64,000 nucleotides of DNA from positions 5,332,001-5,396,000 of the forward strand of contig NC_088797.1 of assembly GCF_011386835.1 (NCBI RefSeq), written 5' to 3'. Origin of the DNA: Chrysemys picta bellii (taxonomy: Eukaryota). The notes under the pieces are model-generated. The model was not told the origin of the DNA, made no database searches, and was given only the letters and a program-made list of their open reading frames with translations. Position numbers and translations under genes: made by a program. Below, one piece after another: positions 11,601 to 25,000 of this stretch. Within the stretch, counting starts at the first letter, position 1. Each line of letters opens with the position of its first letter.

Positions 11601-14374
11601 ACAGTGATAGTGACCAGAATCTTGTTAATTTCACACACGCTTCCTTCCCCCACTTAAACTTGCAGACTCAGGAAGACATTGAAATTAGTTAACTACATTT
11701 GGATGGTTTTCTGTGCGATCATAAAGGCCAGAAACTTAATTTTTTTTTTAAATGAAAGCTTATAATCTACAGAAACTAATATATTAGCATCCCTTTCTCT
11801 CCATCATTGTTGGTGAGTACATTTTTCAAAACCTGTTCCTACTGTAATTACTAGTACGTTATATACACTACACTATTGTCATAGCATCTACCCCAGATTT
11901 CTCTATGATATGCAGGATAAAGATTGCATTGCTATCCTAAATTTCTAAAATAAGCATTTCTATTGGTACTTGAAACATATCTTAGAAAACCTCCATTTTT
12001 ATGTTGAACTCTCTAGTTGCCCTTCTCCCTAAATACTGTCCCTACTTTGGAAAAAACGTTGCCAATCTTCATGCTCGAACAAGTCTATTATTATTTTATC
12101 CTCGCAGTGCCTAGGATCTGCAGTCATATACCTAGCCCCATTGTACAAATAGAAAACAAAAAACCAGGCCCTGCCCCAAAGAGTGTGAGTGTCAGACGAG
12201 AGACAATGGATGGATATAGACCAGTGGGGGAGTAAAGTAGGACAACATTAGTCAGCATGGTAGGCTGTGGCCTCCAAGCTGCAGCAGCCTAACTGTTGTC
12301 AGGTGTTTTTGTAGGCATCAAGGCAAAGAAGAGTTCTACTTCTGGTTATTAGGCCCTTGGCTCTATACAGGAAGCTAGATCCTCACCTGTTGGAGCTGGC
12401 TGGGGATTTGTTCAACTGTATGTACAGCGCTAGCGTAGCTCATTTTAATGGACAGTGGTAAAAATGTTGGTGGTTGGCCTACTCTAGGGCTCACCATTTG
12501 TTGAGAAGCGCTCTCTGTTGGTGCTAGAGCAATGCTGTGGAAATTCCCTAAAATTCCAAGAGTGGATGCCGTCTAGAGTTTGAAGTTACTGTGGATGCTG
12601 GGAATATCCCAATGCCGTTGAGTTAGTGAAGAACCTGCGTATTAGTATAAATATCTAGTCTGCAAAATCAAGATATCCCCATGAAGGGACAAACGTTTTC
12701 AGGGTTTGCACAAAAGAAAACACTCTGATTCAGGTCATTGTTTTAAAAACATTTATCACAACTTGGTTCTGTTCCGTATGGTGTGTAACCCTGATATTTG
12801 ATTAACAGTCTCAACCCCCTCGGTCAGGTCTTTAATTATCACCAGTTAAAAGGGGTTGTTTTTTTTTTTGTATTATCTTACTTATGCTAAGACTGGCTTT
12901 CCTTCTATGATATCAATACAACAAACAGTATAGTCTGGCCTTCTTTCAATCCAACCTTAATCCAGGGCTAATTGAACAGCCAGACTAAACTCACTAGAAA
13001 AAAAAAAAGTATTCAGATCACGTGGATTAATTGATATAATTGATATTTTACACAGTTTAACACTAATGATGACTTGCAAGGTAATATTTAACCTCAGTTT
13101 TTATCCTAATCCTTTTTTCTTCTCCGAATACACTTAAATGAAGTAACACCCTTCTCTTATTTTAAATAAATTGAATTAAGTTAAAAACAGATCACATTGG
13201 TGACCTATGAAATTATCAAAAACTTTTCTTAACAGTGACAAGCATTTGGACTTTGAATTTGCTAAATATACAGTAGTTTGGGGGATATTAACTAATTTAT
13301 CTCAGTAATTCACACAACGATTCTGTCATGGTTTATGTATGGAGCCTAGCTGCATCATAAAACTTCACTGAACTAATGGCCTTCAAATAGTAACTTATCA
13401 AAGCTACCCAGGGATTCTTGCCATTGCTATAAAAAGACATTTGGCAATAAACAGTTTGTCATATTAGAAGCACATCCATTTACTAGGATATAAGATGCTA
13501 ATACACTTCGCTTGAAACTCTTGTACAATGTCTAGTTTTGTAAATATGTTAAGTGGTTAATATTGGACATCACAGAAGATTTCTTGTATCATTTTAAATC
13601 AGGTATTTAAAAGAAAAAGTGGTGATAGTTACTGCAATTATTTTATATTTCTGTAGAAAATGTTATCTGAGGATCTTAAAGCTCTTTACAAACATTATTT
13701 AAAACTTGACAATATCCTTGTAAGGTGCTGTCAGTATGATGCTCATTTCGCAGAGAGATAAACCCCTACAGAGCATAAGGGACTTGTTGAGAGTCACTCA
13801 GTGAGTCAGTTACAGACCCCATTTCATGACTCTAGTTTCCTGATCTAACCTGTTCATTTATAACTAACCTGTTACAAATACTTTAGTTCAGCATCGACGA
13901 ACATGTTTAAAATTCTTGCTCCCAGATCATGGGGATAGAGTTTGCTGGCCTTAATCTGGCGCTCCGCCTACCTTTCTTGCCTAGTGGGGAGAGGTTGACT
14001 CACTTTTCCATGGTTACTTCTCCCCTGACACTCTTGCTGAGAGTTGGGGGTGGCAGTGCTGTTGCTGGCTACATTGGCACAGGGTTGGTGACTTTCTGTG
14101 GATGGCTTCAACCTGTGACTGGGGTGTCCGGATTGGTCACAGAGTGATATATTTGGGGCTGGGAAGGAATTTTTTTCCTGGATTGAATTAGCAGAACCTC
14201 ATTGAAGTATTGCACATTCCCCTGGGCCTGATGGGATGTATGGAATGGTGGACGTGATCATTACGTATACCTACCAGGTGACAGAGTTCACTGCAACTTG
14301 ATGGGCAAGCTTCCTGACCGTTTAATTAGGTTTTGTCATAGCCCTGTGGCCATTTCTGAGATTGGAATAGCCAA

Positions 14375-14610
14375 ATCATAGAATCATAGAATATCAGAGT
14401 TGGAAGGGACCTCAAGAGGTTATCTAGTCCAACCCCCTGCTCAAAGCAGGACCAATTCCCAACTAAATCATCCCAGCCAGGGCTTTGTCAAGCCGGGCCT
14501 TAAAAACCTCCAAGGAAGGAGACTCCACCACCTCCCTAGGTAACGCATTCCAGTGTTTCACCACCCTCCTAGTGAAATAGTTTTTCCTGATATCCAACCT
14601 GGACCTCCCC
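14375..14610 (-). mobile_element. CR1 LINE 3' end
   Basis: (ATCATAGA)n tail; minus strand encodes [46 protein letters not shown]. Confidence 0.9.
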
Positions 14611-15770
14611 CGGGTGGCTTTAAGCAATGTTAACAGTATCAGCTGAGAAGAAACATTATTACTAACAAGTATGTGCCCTTCCATGCCCCACACATGCACC
14701 CTAGCTCTGTGGTCTGATATGCTGCACTTGGCCGATTGGTGGAGACACAGACATGCCTGTAAACAGGAGAGCTGCCTATAAGTGTTATCTAGGAACCACC
14801 AGGAGTTTGTGTTACCCAGATATCAGGTCAGCGAATGGCTTATTACCATGGTTGTATGCAGGTGGAACTGGATATTCCATGAAGTTGTGAGGTGTGCAGG
14901 CAGTGGTAACTCAGCGATTAACTGTAATAACATACACACATTTAAAATCTATAGGCTATACATTTGAAATGAAATATTTAAACATTTATTTATGTTAATG
15001 CCAGGGCTATCCTTTTATTAAATGTAACTCCATAAACTCAGTCATTCCTTCTCTGACATATGCATCATGGTAACCTGCCTGCTCTCTGTTCAGCAATTCA
15101 GGTATCTTTTTCCTGGTTAAAAACAAAGCACACACCTGAATAACTATTTTTCCTATGAATGCAATGAATCACTGATGTCTGATGCTGTAAGATAGAATTC
15201 TGCCGTAACTGGTCGGGGCAGATTATGAAAGGGGAGTAGAATTGCTCCCAGGAAAATTACAGAATAAATCTAGAAGTGTTCCAGAGCTAAGAGTTAGCAG
15301 GCAGTGGCAAAAGATTAGTGTGGAAGTTCTTTCACCCTGTTAGGAGGCATTAGAACAAAACATTTGATAATTCTTGATGAAATGTGAGAGTTAAGCTTGG
15401 TTGGGCTAGGGGATAGTTCTGTGCTTCCCTATGTGGGACACATGGATCTGATTCCCAGTCTTGTGCTCCTTGGATTGAGAGGAACATGGGAGTATTTTTT
15501 TAAAGGGCAGCTTATTCAGCTAAGCATTGTTGGTGGAGGAATGAGCCTCACAAAGTTTAAAAGCCATTCCAGGGACTAATTAGGAAGCAGCATTGAAGGG
15601 AGCTCAGAACTCCACGGTTGTGATGTGCTGAATCCTATAGCGCTTGTGTGGGGTAGGGCGCCCTCAGACCAGTAAAGGAACAATTTTAATGGAGCAAATG
15701 ATGAAGTAGGATACTTTGGAAATGTTCCTGTGTTTACTCTGAAATTTACAAACTCTGGTTTTCCTTTCAG

Positions 15771-16023
15771 AAAGAAGACACAGCTCCTCCAGCAAGCCGC
15801 CTTTGACCCCTCCCTCCTCTTCAGTATTTTCCCTCTTTTCATCTTTGTCTTCAAAGAGCAAAGGTAGCAGTGGAAGTGGGAGCAATCGCTCATCCAGTGG
15901 AGGTACTAGTGCATCATCATCCAATTCCAAGTTGTTGAAATCACCCAAAGACAAGCTGCAGATCGGTGGAAACAATAGGTTACTGCACCCGGTACAACAT
16001 AGCAAAGTTCCCCACGATAAAAT
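15771..16023 (+). CDS. ATXN7: ATXN7 coding exon (human exon 6 equivalent, 253 bp)
   Basis: ttcctttcag|AA AGA AGA CAC AGC ... GAT AAA AT|gtgagt; encodes (E)RRHSSSSKPPLTPPSSS...SKVPHDK(I). Confidence 0.96.
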
Positions 16024-19000
16024 GTGAGTATGTTCTTTTGAGAATCAATTTCAATGTTATCACTTGCACAGAAGCTGGTGCAAAAATTTGTAACAGTTTT
16101 AAGTATTTTGTGTGTTTGGTTATGAAAGATGAAATGCAACGATCTGTTGGAAAGGCTCTAGAGGAGATCGGTCTAGAGCAGTGGTCACCAACCGGTCGAT
16201 CGCGATGGGCTGGTCGATCTTAGAGGATCTCCCAGTTAATTGCGCTCTCTGGTGGTGAAGCGGGCCAGCTGCTAAGGCAGGCTTCCTGCCTGCTCCAGCC
16301 CCATGCCGCTCCCGGAAGCGGCTGGGGGGGAGCGGGGATCAGGGGTCTCCGCTGCTTCTGCCTGCAAGCACCGCCCCTGCAGCTCCCATTGCCCTGAGCC
16401 CCCTCCAGCACCCCAAGCCCAGCCTTCCCAGAGCCAGCACCCCATATCCCCTTCTGCACCCAAACCCCCTCCGGCAGCAAGCCCCGCCTTGAGCCTCCTC
16501 CCAGAGCCAACATCCCATACCCCCCACTGCATCCCTAACCCCTCCTGCACCCCAAGCCCTGACCCCCTTCCCAGAGCCAGCACCTTGTACCCTTTCCTGT
16601 ACCCCAACTCTCTACCCCAGCCTGGATCCCCCTCCTGCACCCAAACTTCTCCCAGCTCTTGCACCCCTCATTCCCTCCTGCACCCCAACCCTCTGGCCAG
16701 GGCTCAGCCCAGAGCCCCCTCCCACACTGGGAACCGCTTGGCCCCAGCCCTGAGCCTGCACCCCCTCCTGAACCCCAAAACTCTGCCCCAGCCCAGTGAA
16801 AGTGTGTGAGGGTAGGGGAAAGTGAGCGACGGAGGGGGGGGGGTGGAGTGAGCAGGGCGGATCTTTGGGGAAGGGGCAGGGCGTCGGGGACGGGGCAGGG
16901 TAGATCTTGGGTTGCCCATAAATTCAAAAAGTGATCTTGGGCATAAAAAGGTTGGAGACCACTGGTCTAGAGGGTAGGCAAACCAACAGCATTATTCCAG
17001 GAGAAATCCCACATAGGTGCAGCTTGAATCTTTCTCAGTGAAGACCTTTCCAATATAGGTCCAGATCCTATCATTTGATATGCCTGGTCCGATCCAGACT
17101 TGTGTGGTATCTCACACACAGGCATGAGGGTTGACCTGCACATATCTGATTGCTGTACTAGCACTGTAATTTGCTGTCATCAGAACATGGCGTCTCTCAC
17201 TAGGTCTTCTGCCAAAATCAGGCCATCCCAGCTGTTTGTGCAATACACTATAACTGTGTAATGTACATTTGTCTGTGTTGCTAAACCACACAGCTTCAGT
17301 TCCTCGCTGGTGCTGTGGAAACATTTCTGAAGAGATAGTGTAAAGAGAGCAGGAAAGGATTGACTTTCATCTTATTGTGGACATCAGAAAGTAGCAAAAA
17401 AATGTATATAAAATGAACAACTTCTAAAATTTAAAAATGGGGAAAGAGGCAGAATTATTACTACCTATGTTTTTGTTGTGAAAAGAACAATTCAGAATAT
17501 TTTCGAGTAATAGAGCACTTATTCGGTAGCTTGGACAATCATGACCATGGGGTACTACAGTTATTTGCAAATGGCCTTTTCCTTTATTTCCCACTAACTA
17601 CAGCATGACTCCATCTGTCAAAGTGGAAAAGATTCATCCAAAGATAGATGGTGCACTATTGAAAACTGCTGTTGGTCCAACTTGTTCTACTACTGTGAGT
17701 TCCTCAATAAAGACTGGCCTTAATTGTCCCTCAATACCAAAGCCACCTTTGCCTTCCCCTGGACAGATACTGATTGGTAAAGGTCTTCTCTCTGTGCCTC
17801 CATTTTTGGAAAAGAAACCAGAAGATAGTACAAATAATAGGAAATTCTTACATAAAAGATTGTCAGGTAATTTAAAAAATATTGTTTGCTATATTAATAA
17901 TAGTAGTAGTAGTGTATGAAGATACAAATATAACCAAAAACATTCTTTTAAACAGGTAGTCGATAGATTTTAATTACAGTGCAGAAAGTTGACCAGTTAC
18001 TTGTTGGGGTTGGTCTTAAATGTTCCCCTTTAAAGTGTCTCATTCTTAAAGGGACACCATCAACTTGATATCTAGTTAATTATTAAAAAGAGTTGACAGT
18101 GTGCTTCAGGTATTATACCTACCTGTGCATGCCCTAATGTTGGGGGGTGTACAGTTACATTTTCCTATTACCATAAATGTCTTTCTGTTGCTGTGTGAAA
18201 GACCCACCCGTACAAAGGAAACTGAATGGCTTACATAAAGTAAACTGAAACATAGGGAAATGGTTTTCTCTAATCTTTCAGTTACAGTAATTTTGGGTGT
18301 TACTTATCTTAGATTAAAAAATTCAGACATCAATATTCAAATTGATATGGTGCCCTTTTAAGTCTGGTGTTATTTTTACATGAATACATGTTCCTTTGCT
18401 GTGAAGAATTTGATTCTGCTGTGAGACTTTACCCAGTCATAAATGTCTGTCTTCATAGATCCTGCTGCAGGATTGGGGCTTAAGTTTCAACCAGTCAGAA
18501 ACTAGTAAAAGAGAAAATGTTTTTAAAATTCAGCAATTTCTAATATTTATTATTAAATGCATGTGTCTTGAGAACAGGTTCAGTTATATATATTATGATT
18601 AAAATTCTGACCAATATTTTCAAAACATGTTTTTTTAATCTCTCTTGTTTTACAATAATGGTATATTTGTGTGTATTTGCTAGAGAGAGAGTTTGATCCT
18701 GATATATACTGTGGCGTCGTTGATGTGGAAACCAAGAAACCCTGTACTAGGTCTTTGACATGCAAGGTAGGACATGTTCCTCAGAATAAATTTATGAAGT
18801 AAAGTTTGAATTTTCTGCACATCATGACAGAAAACTGAACATCATTCAGCTTACTGCTAAACTTCAGTGATGTCCATTGAAAATGATATCCTCTGATAAA
18901 ACTGTGATGGAGACTGGTAAAAATCTTAGTTCTGGTGGGGAAAAAATATTTTTCCAAAGTTTTAATTAAATTATGTTAATGTATAAAAATTGCTGTTAAA

Positions 19001-22000
19001 AAAGTCTAAGGATCTGTACAATTAATAATGTCACTGTTAACATCTAGAAGTAGGGTCTGATGATTTTTCCACTGTAAACCAGAGTTGGGCTTAAAAAAAA
19101 TCTTGAAAATGTAACGTTTCATTTGGGATCAGACGAAGGTTTCAGGCCTCAATTTTACCCATCTTAAAATTGTTAGATGTTCTTATTGGGGAATGTCTCT
19201 TTGGCTATAAAGATTAATTTTAATCACAAAGAAATTAAAAATATAGTCACTGCTTTATGTGGGACCTAGACAAAGCAAAATTTTTCCCACAGGAGAACCA
19301 AGTCTGAAGCAGATTTTAGAAGGTGGTTGTATCAACCCAAATGGTGCTGTCTCCCGGGTCTGTAGTTTGATATTGCTTCAACTCTTTTTCTGAGAAGTCC
19401 TTATCTAAAGAGTCTCTGTCTAGTAGGGCAAACTTTGTACACAAAACAGCTTTTAAAAAGTTAGTCTGGTGAACCCAGGCTCTAAACATCAATTTGAACA
19501 AAAGCGATCACTTGTCCCTGAGAAGTTACAGAAAGTAAAGACATGAATCGTGTGATCTTGAAATATTTAGCTGTGCTCCTGCACAGCAGCTGTGCTGCCA
19601 GAAGAGGGACCACCTAACAAATAAACCACCTCCGGAACCAGTGTAGACATAACTGATATTAATGACAAGGAAGAAAACTTGAAGGTAATGCCTCCTTGAA
19701 AACACAAGGGACAAAGCTATTGTTCTCCCAAAGGAAAAGTGTCACGCTTTAAAAGAGGATTGTACAGTAGGGAAATAAACTAAAAGCTTTAAAGACAATA
19801 AGAGCATCCCATAGAAATTCCTTCCACTCTACTTACCTCTCAAAAATATTGTTTTCATATATTTTCAGAGCTTAATACTAAGGTGGAAAATAGGCTTGTT
19901 TACTTCCACAATAAATACAAATTATTGAGCCCTTCAAACTGTGTGACCGTAAGGCCTTGGGAATGAATTTAGCACATGTAAACAAGGGAAACAATCTTTT
20001 ATCCTACTGCATGTAGATTTTGCGCTACATGTATTTAACTCCACTGGGTGTTCAGGATCTTTCAGGAATGGGACAACCTGATATAGTATCACCTTAACCT
20101 CTGAATGTTGTTGCTTTGTTGGAGTTGTGATTGTTGATTCTGCTGTTTCTTTGTGGTTTTAATATCCATTACCATACAGTAGGTGTCCGGGAATGCAAAA
20201 GCAAAGACATTTACAAGGTTATTAAGTTTAGTACTCTTTATTAAAAAGTATGTTTTACATCTTATGTTCAATATTCCCATAAATAAACATAAAAAAATGG
20301 TACTTTTCTCTTAAGAGAAGACCATGTGCTGTGCTTCATGATTTAAAATAAATGGTCAGGTAGCATTCTTGTATTAGTAATGAAAGTGAGACATTGAAAA
20401 AGGCTTGAATGTCAAACTCAGGCTTATTAGACCTTTGACAGAGAGCATTGACTTTAATTACTATTGGCTTATCAAATAGGAATATAAACACCCATTAGAC
20501 CATCTTTACGTTTCTTGTAAAAGCCATCCCTTGCTTTATTTCCTGTGTTCTAGAATTGTTATATATCTGAGTGTTTGTTTTCCGCAAATCAAATTGCCTT
20601 GGATTAATGTTTGATGCTTTGATTTGCAGACACATTCCTTAACCCAGCGGAGGGCTGTTCAGGGTCGAAGAAAACGATTTGATTTGTTATTAGCCGAGCA
20701 CAAAAGCAAAACCAGGGAAAAGGAATTGCTTCGACATTCGGATCATCATCAGCAGATGCCCCCTCTCAGGGAACCACATCCCTCACCTTCTAAAACTTCC
20801 CAGGAGCTGCACCAAAATTCTCATGGACTTATTCCTACAGAATCAAAGCCTTTAGTACCTAATAAACCCAAACCTCACCCCCCCAGTCTTCCAAGGTAAG
20901 TGAAATCTGTTTATCCACCAAGTGTGAAATTAGTCTGCCATCAACACATCAAGTTGCTCCCCAATGAGTGCTACCACGTGGGAAATGCAGATTCATTCGC
21001 AACCTAGGGCTCTTTCTCTGTGCCTGATGATTTCTCACTCAAAAATTCCACACTGGATCTTCGACTATGTCTACACTGCCCCGTAGTGTAGACATAGCCT
21101 TCCTTAGTCTTAGGTGAGCTGTATCTCCTGCCCTTCTAACAAGAGGCCCTGATGGGTGGCCCAGGGAGGTAAATGCTGGCTTGAGTAAATGCAAACCAGA
21201 AGCTCCATTCTGTAGCAGCTATTCAGTGTTGGTGCTCCAGCAAGGTGGCAATGGATAAATAGAAATGTGATTTTGGAGTACAGAGGAGAAGGAAGTGAAT
21301 GCAAAATGAAGAAGTTGTTGCAACAGTAAGTTAATTTAAGGCATCCAGTTTAGCTTTACCTCCGGATCCAGAATAGCAGCAAGTCAGGATGGTGTGAAGG
21401 CGATACCTTTATTTAATGAGTAGGTTACCAGCTTTTTAAAATACCCAGCAGTTTTTGGAGGAGAGAAAAAGAAGGGACAACTGCAAATCGAGCGGTTGGG
21501 AGTAGCTGGTGGAAGTGGTTGGGGACTGGGAGTTGGGACTAGACTACTGTTTCTATTTCTGGCTCTGTTACTGACTTGCTGAGTGGCCTTGACAAGCCAC
21601 TTTCATCTTTGTGTCTCAGTTTGCCTATCTGCAAAATGGATATAATGATTCCTCCTTTTCCTGGAGAGTTGTGAGACGTAACTGTTAAAAGAATTCTGAA
21701 ATACTGGTATTATGACAGAAAGGGAAACGTGGAAAACCTGGTTTAAAAAAAAGCACCTTTCTATACAAGCAAAAAATTCCAGGCATAAATAATTCCTACT
21801 AATGTAGCCTTTGTTCAGTAATACCTTTTACATGTATTTACTTGTCAAGGCCTCCAGGCTGTCCAACCCAGCACAGCGGAAATGCCCCTAGTGACTCTCT
21901 TGCGGTCCATGAATCTCCACACCCTCCGTTGCCTGCAGCTGAGCCAGCATCCCGTTTATCCAGCGATGAGGGAGAGTGTGATGAAAAAGAAGAACATGGT

Positions 22001-25000
22001 GAAAAACTGGATTGTCGTTATTCAGGTCATCATCCTCAGCCAGCCGCTGTATGTTCTGAATTTGTGAACAAATCGATTACGGTTTTTCAGTGTATTTTTT
22101 GGGGGGTTCACTAAAATGTTCTCATGCCACAGGAAAATGTGTTTGTTACAGAATAGGCAGGAAGGGTTTAATCATAATGATCAGAATCAGTGTGCTATGA
22201 AAACATATTCTGAGATATCTCCACTGTAACATAAGAGAAATCAAAGTGCCACAAATATTGCAGGTGGAAGCGGAAACTTTCTAAAGTGTTTTGAGAAAAG
22301 GGTAGATGTGGAACCGGTACATGCAAAATAGTGGTATGGTTTAATAACACTTTCAGTATTCGATCTGTTTTTAAATCACAGTGCTAGCCTTATTTTTGCA
22401 TAGAAATAATGGCTTGCAGTAACACGGCTTAATGTGGAAATCTTGGCAGCAGTTGGTACATGTGGCATACTTTCGTTTCCAAAAGCAAAAAAAAAAATAA
22501 TAATTACTAAAATATTTGTGCATGTGATGTAATTTAACTCCTAGATCTTTTAGTGGAATCATTTAAAAACAGATTTTAAATGACTGCAAGCAGTTTCTTA
22601 TAGAGAGCTAACATATTTATTTAGATATATAAGGTACATCTTATCCTGTATATAATGTATATCTTATCCTAATTGCCTTTGACAAAATTTAAAAAACCAG
22701 TTCACCTAAAAACCAGCAGCTGTCTCCCAACAAGACTCAGCTTCAGAGCAAAAGAAGCTTCCCCCATAAACTTCAGGGCCTTCTCACATAGACCGTACAG
22801 AATGGCCTGAATGTCAGAGCAAGTATGGGAGAAGGTTGCAAACCTAACGACCCCTCAAAAAAAAAAAATCTACCACTTTCCCCCTCTCTTTAATCAAGGT
22901 GACTCCAATTAAAGGTGGCAGCATCTCAGAGGTCCTCCTTCCGGGTTGAGCCTGAGCTATTTGGGAATATATATTGAACATACTTTTTGGGCCATAAGGA
23001 TCAAAGTCCTAATGTACATGTTTGCCATCTTAGGTCCTTGGACTTTTCCTGTGTATTATTGGTCTGTAATTAAGTGTGTTAATTTATTATTTAGAGAGTT
23101 GTTATTACAATTAGAAAACACCAAAATAAAATCTGTATTTTCAGTTTTGCACATTTGGGAGCCGGCAAATTGGAAGAGGTTATTACGTGTTTGATAAGCG
23201 GTGGAACCATATCCGATGTGCACTTAACTTCATGGTGGACAAGCATCTTAATTCTCAGATGTGGAAGTGAGTAGAAGTGAAAGGGGTTTTTGGTATTATT
23301 ATTCTTGCTATCATACAAATAGATTAAAGCTTGAGAGAAAAATGGCTTTCCTGTTGTAATAATAATTCATTAAAGACCTCTTTTTAAATTAGCACCTCCC
23401 AGGAACATGGTAAATGTGAGCAACAGCTCCATTTTAACTGTCATCTGGAGAATAGGAGGGGATTGAGTTACATTCACCAGGAGACTATATTCTTTACTTA
23501 TTCATAAAACTGTACCCACAGATCTCCTCTCTTTGTATTCTTGTGCTGCGCTGAGAGTAGCTGGAACCTTTTTAAAGCAATATGATGGCTGACAACTTGT
23601 GCTTTCCTGCTGGACACAGAGATGAAATCTCTTGAGCAGTTTCTAAAATTCTAGTTCCTCAAACCCTAATTATGATTCATCCTCAAACATTAATTTTGAA
23701 TCCATGTTCTACATCCAAATTGTATTTCATCCCATCTCTGTTTTCTATAGCTTTGGTTTTCTTAATATTTTTAGTAGTTTGATTTGTTTATAGCTTCAAT
23801 ATTAAATTTTCTTAGCAATGTGGTTTGCGATGAATTGTAAGTATTAGTCCTAGAGTCATAGAAATGTGGGGCTGGAAGGGACCTTGAGAGGTCATCAAGT
23901 CCATCCTCCTGTGCTGACCAGAACCAAGTCAACCTAGGCCATCCCTGACAGGTGTTTGTCCAACCTCCAAAAAATCCTCCAGTGATAGGGATTCCAAAAC
24001 CTCCCTTGGAAGCCTATTCCAGTGCTAAACTATCCTCATAATTAGAAAGTTTTTCCTAATTTCTAATCTAAATCTCCCTCGCTGCAGTTTATGCTCATTA
24101 CTTCTTGTCCTATCTTCAGATCTGGGTGGGTATAGAGTATCATAAACGGAACACGAGTCAATTGCCCTACTCAGCACTGGTGAGGCCTCAGCCTGAGTAT
24201 TGTGTCCACACTTTACCCAATTTTCCAAATCTTTCTTAGAGTCCAGATGAGAGCAACAAAAACGATAGGTCAGATTTTTCTAAACCTTTTATGAGGAAAT
24301 CTTAAAACTAGTGGCCATGTTGAGTCTTGAGACTAGAAGACCGGGGGGGGGGGGTGGGGGGGCAACCTGATAAGTCACGACAACCTGATAAGTCTTCAAA
24401 TATGCCATGGGCTGTTATAAAGAGGATAGTTACTCCGTGATCCTTTTCAGCAGTGCTACCACCTAGCCAGTTATTCCCCATTTATTTCCTGTAACAGTTA
24501 ATGTGCATGTGGTGTTGCTCTTTGAGACTGATGGATTTCCTGTCTGAGGAGTTTTGGGGCTAACAGTTCTCTCTGATTCTGGAAAAAACAGGTTGAGACA
24601 CAGTAGGGATAACTTTAGCCATATTGTTCTTCAAAGATGAGCTTTTCTGTAGTTTATGTGTTTGGAACAAAGACATTTTTCACCAATCGGTAAATCGTGT
24701 TCAAAAGGTTTGCTTTGGGCCAGGTTATATGGAAATAATTCCAGGCGTGAGGCTGGCAGTGTAGTATACAGAATTTAGGAAAAAGCATTCAACATCATAC
24801 TCATCTTGAATAATCCTCAAGGCTAGGGGTAGATTATCAAGGCCCTAGATTAAGAAGGGTCTTAGTGGACCCACACAATTTGGTTCCAGGTATCCCTATA
24901 GCGCAGTGGTCATCAACTGGTAATTCGCGAGAACGGGGAACTGCAGCCACTGGGAGCTGTGGGGGCGGTGCCTACAGGGAGGGGCAGCGCGTAGATTCAC

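Noticed and set aside
1-15770. Earlier ATXN7 exons (polyQ/CAG exon; the DMPIFG...CNQVVKPQAF zinc-finger exon)
   Set aside because: No matching sequence found by eye; these exons probably lie upstream of the window, so nothing can be said about the CAG tract.
18046-18112. TTAAAGGGACACC...GTTGACAGTGTGC as a Kolobok-like MITE
   Set aside because: Inverted arms too degenerate, and the right-hand TTAA is missing.
24362-24395. Short direct duplication CAACCTGATAAGTC x2 (similar small duplications near 10485 and 22640)
   Set aside because: Ordinary slippage-type micro-duplications with no sign of function.
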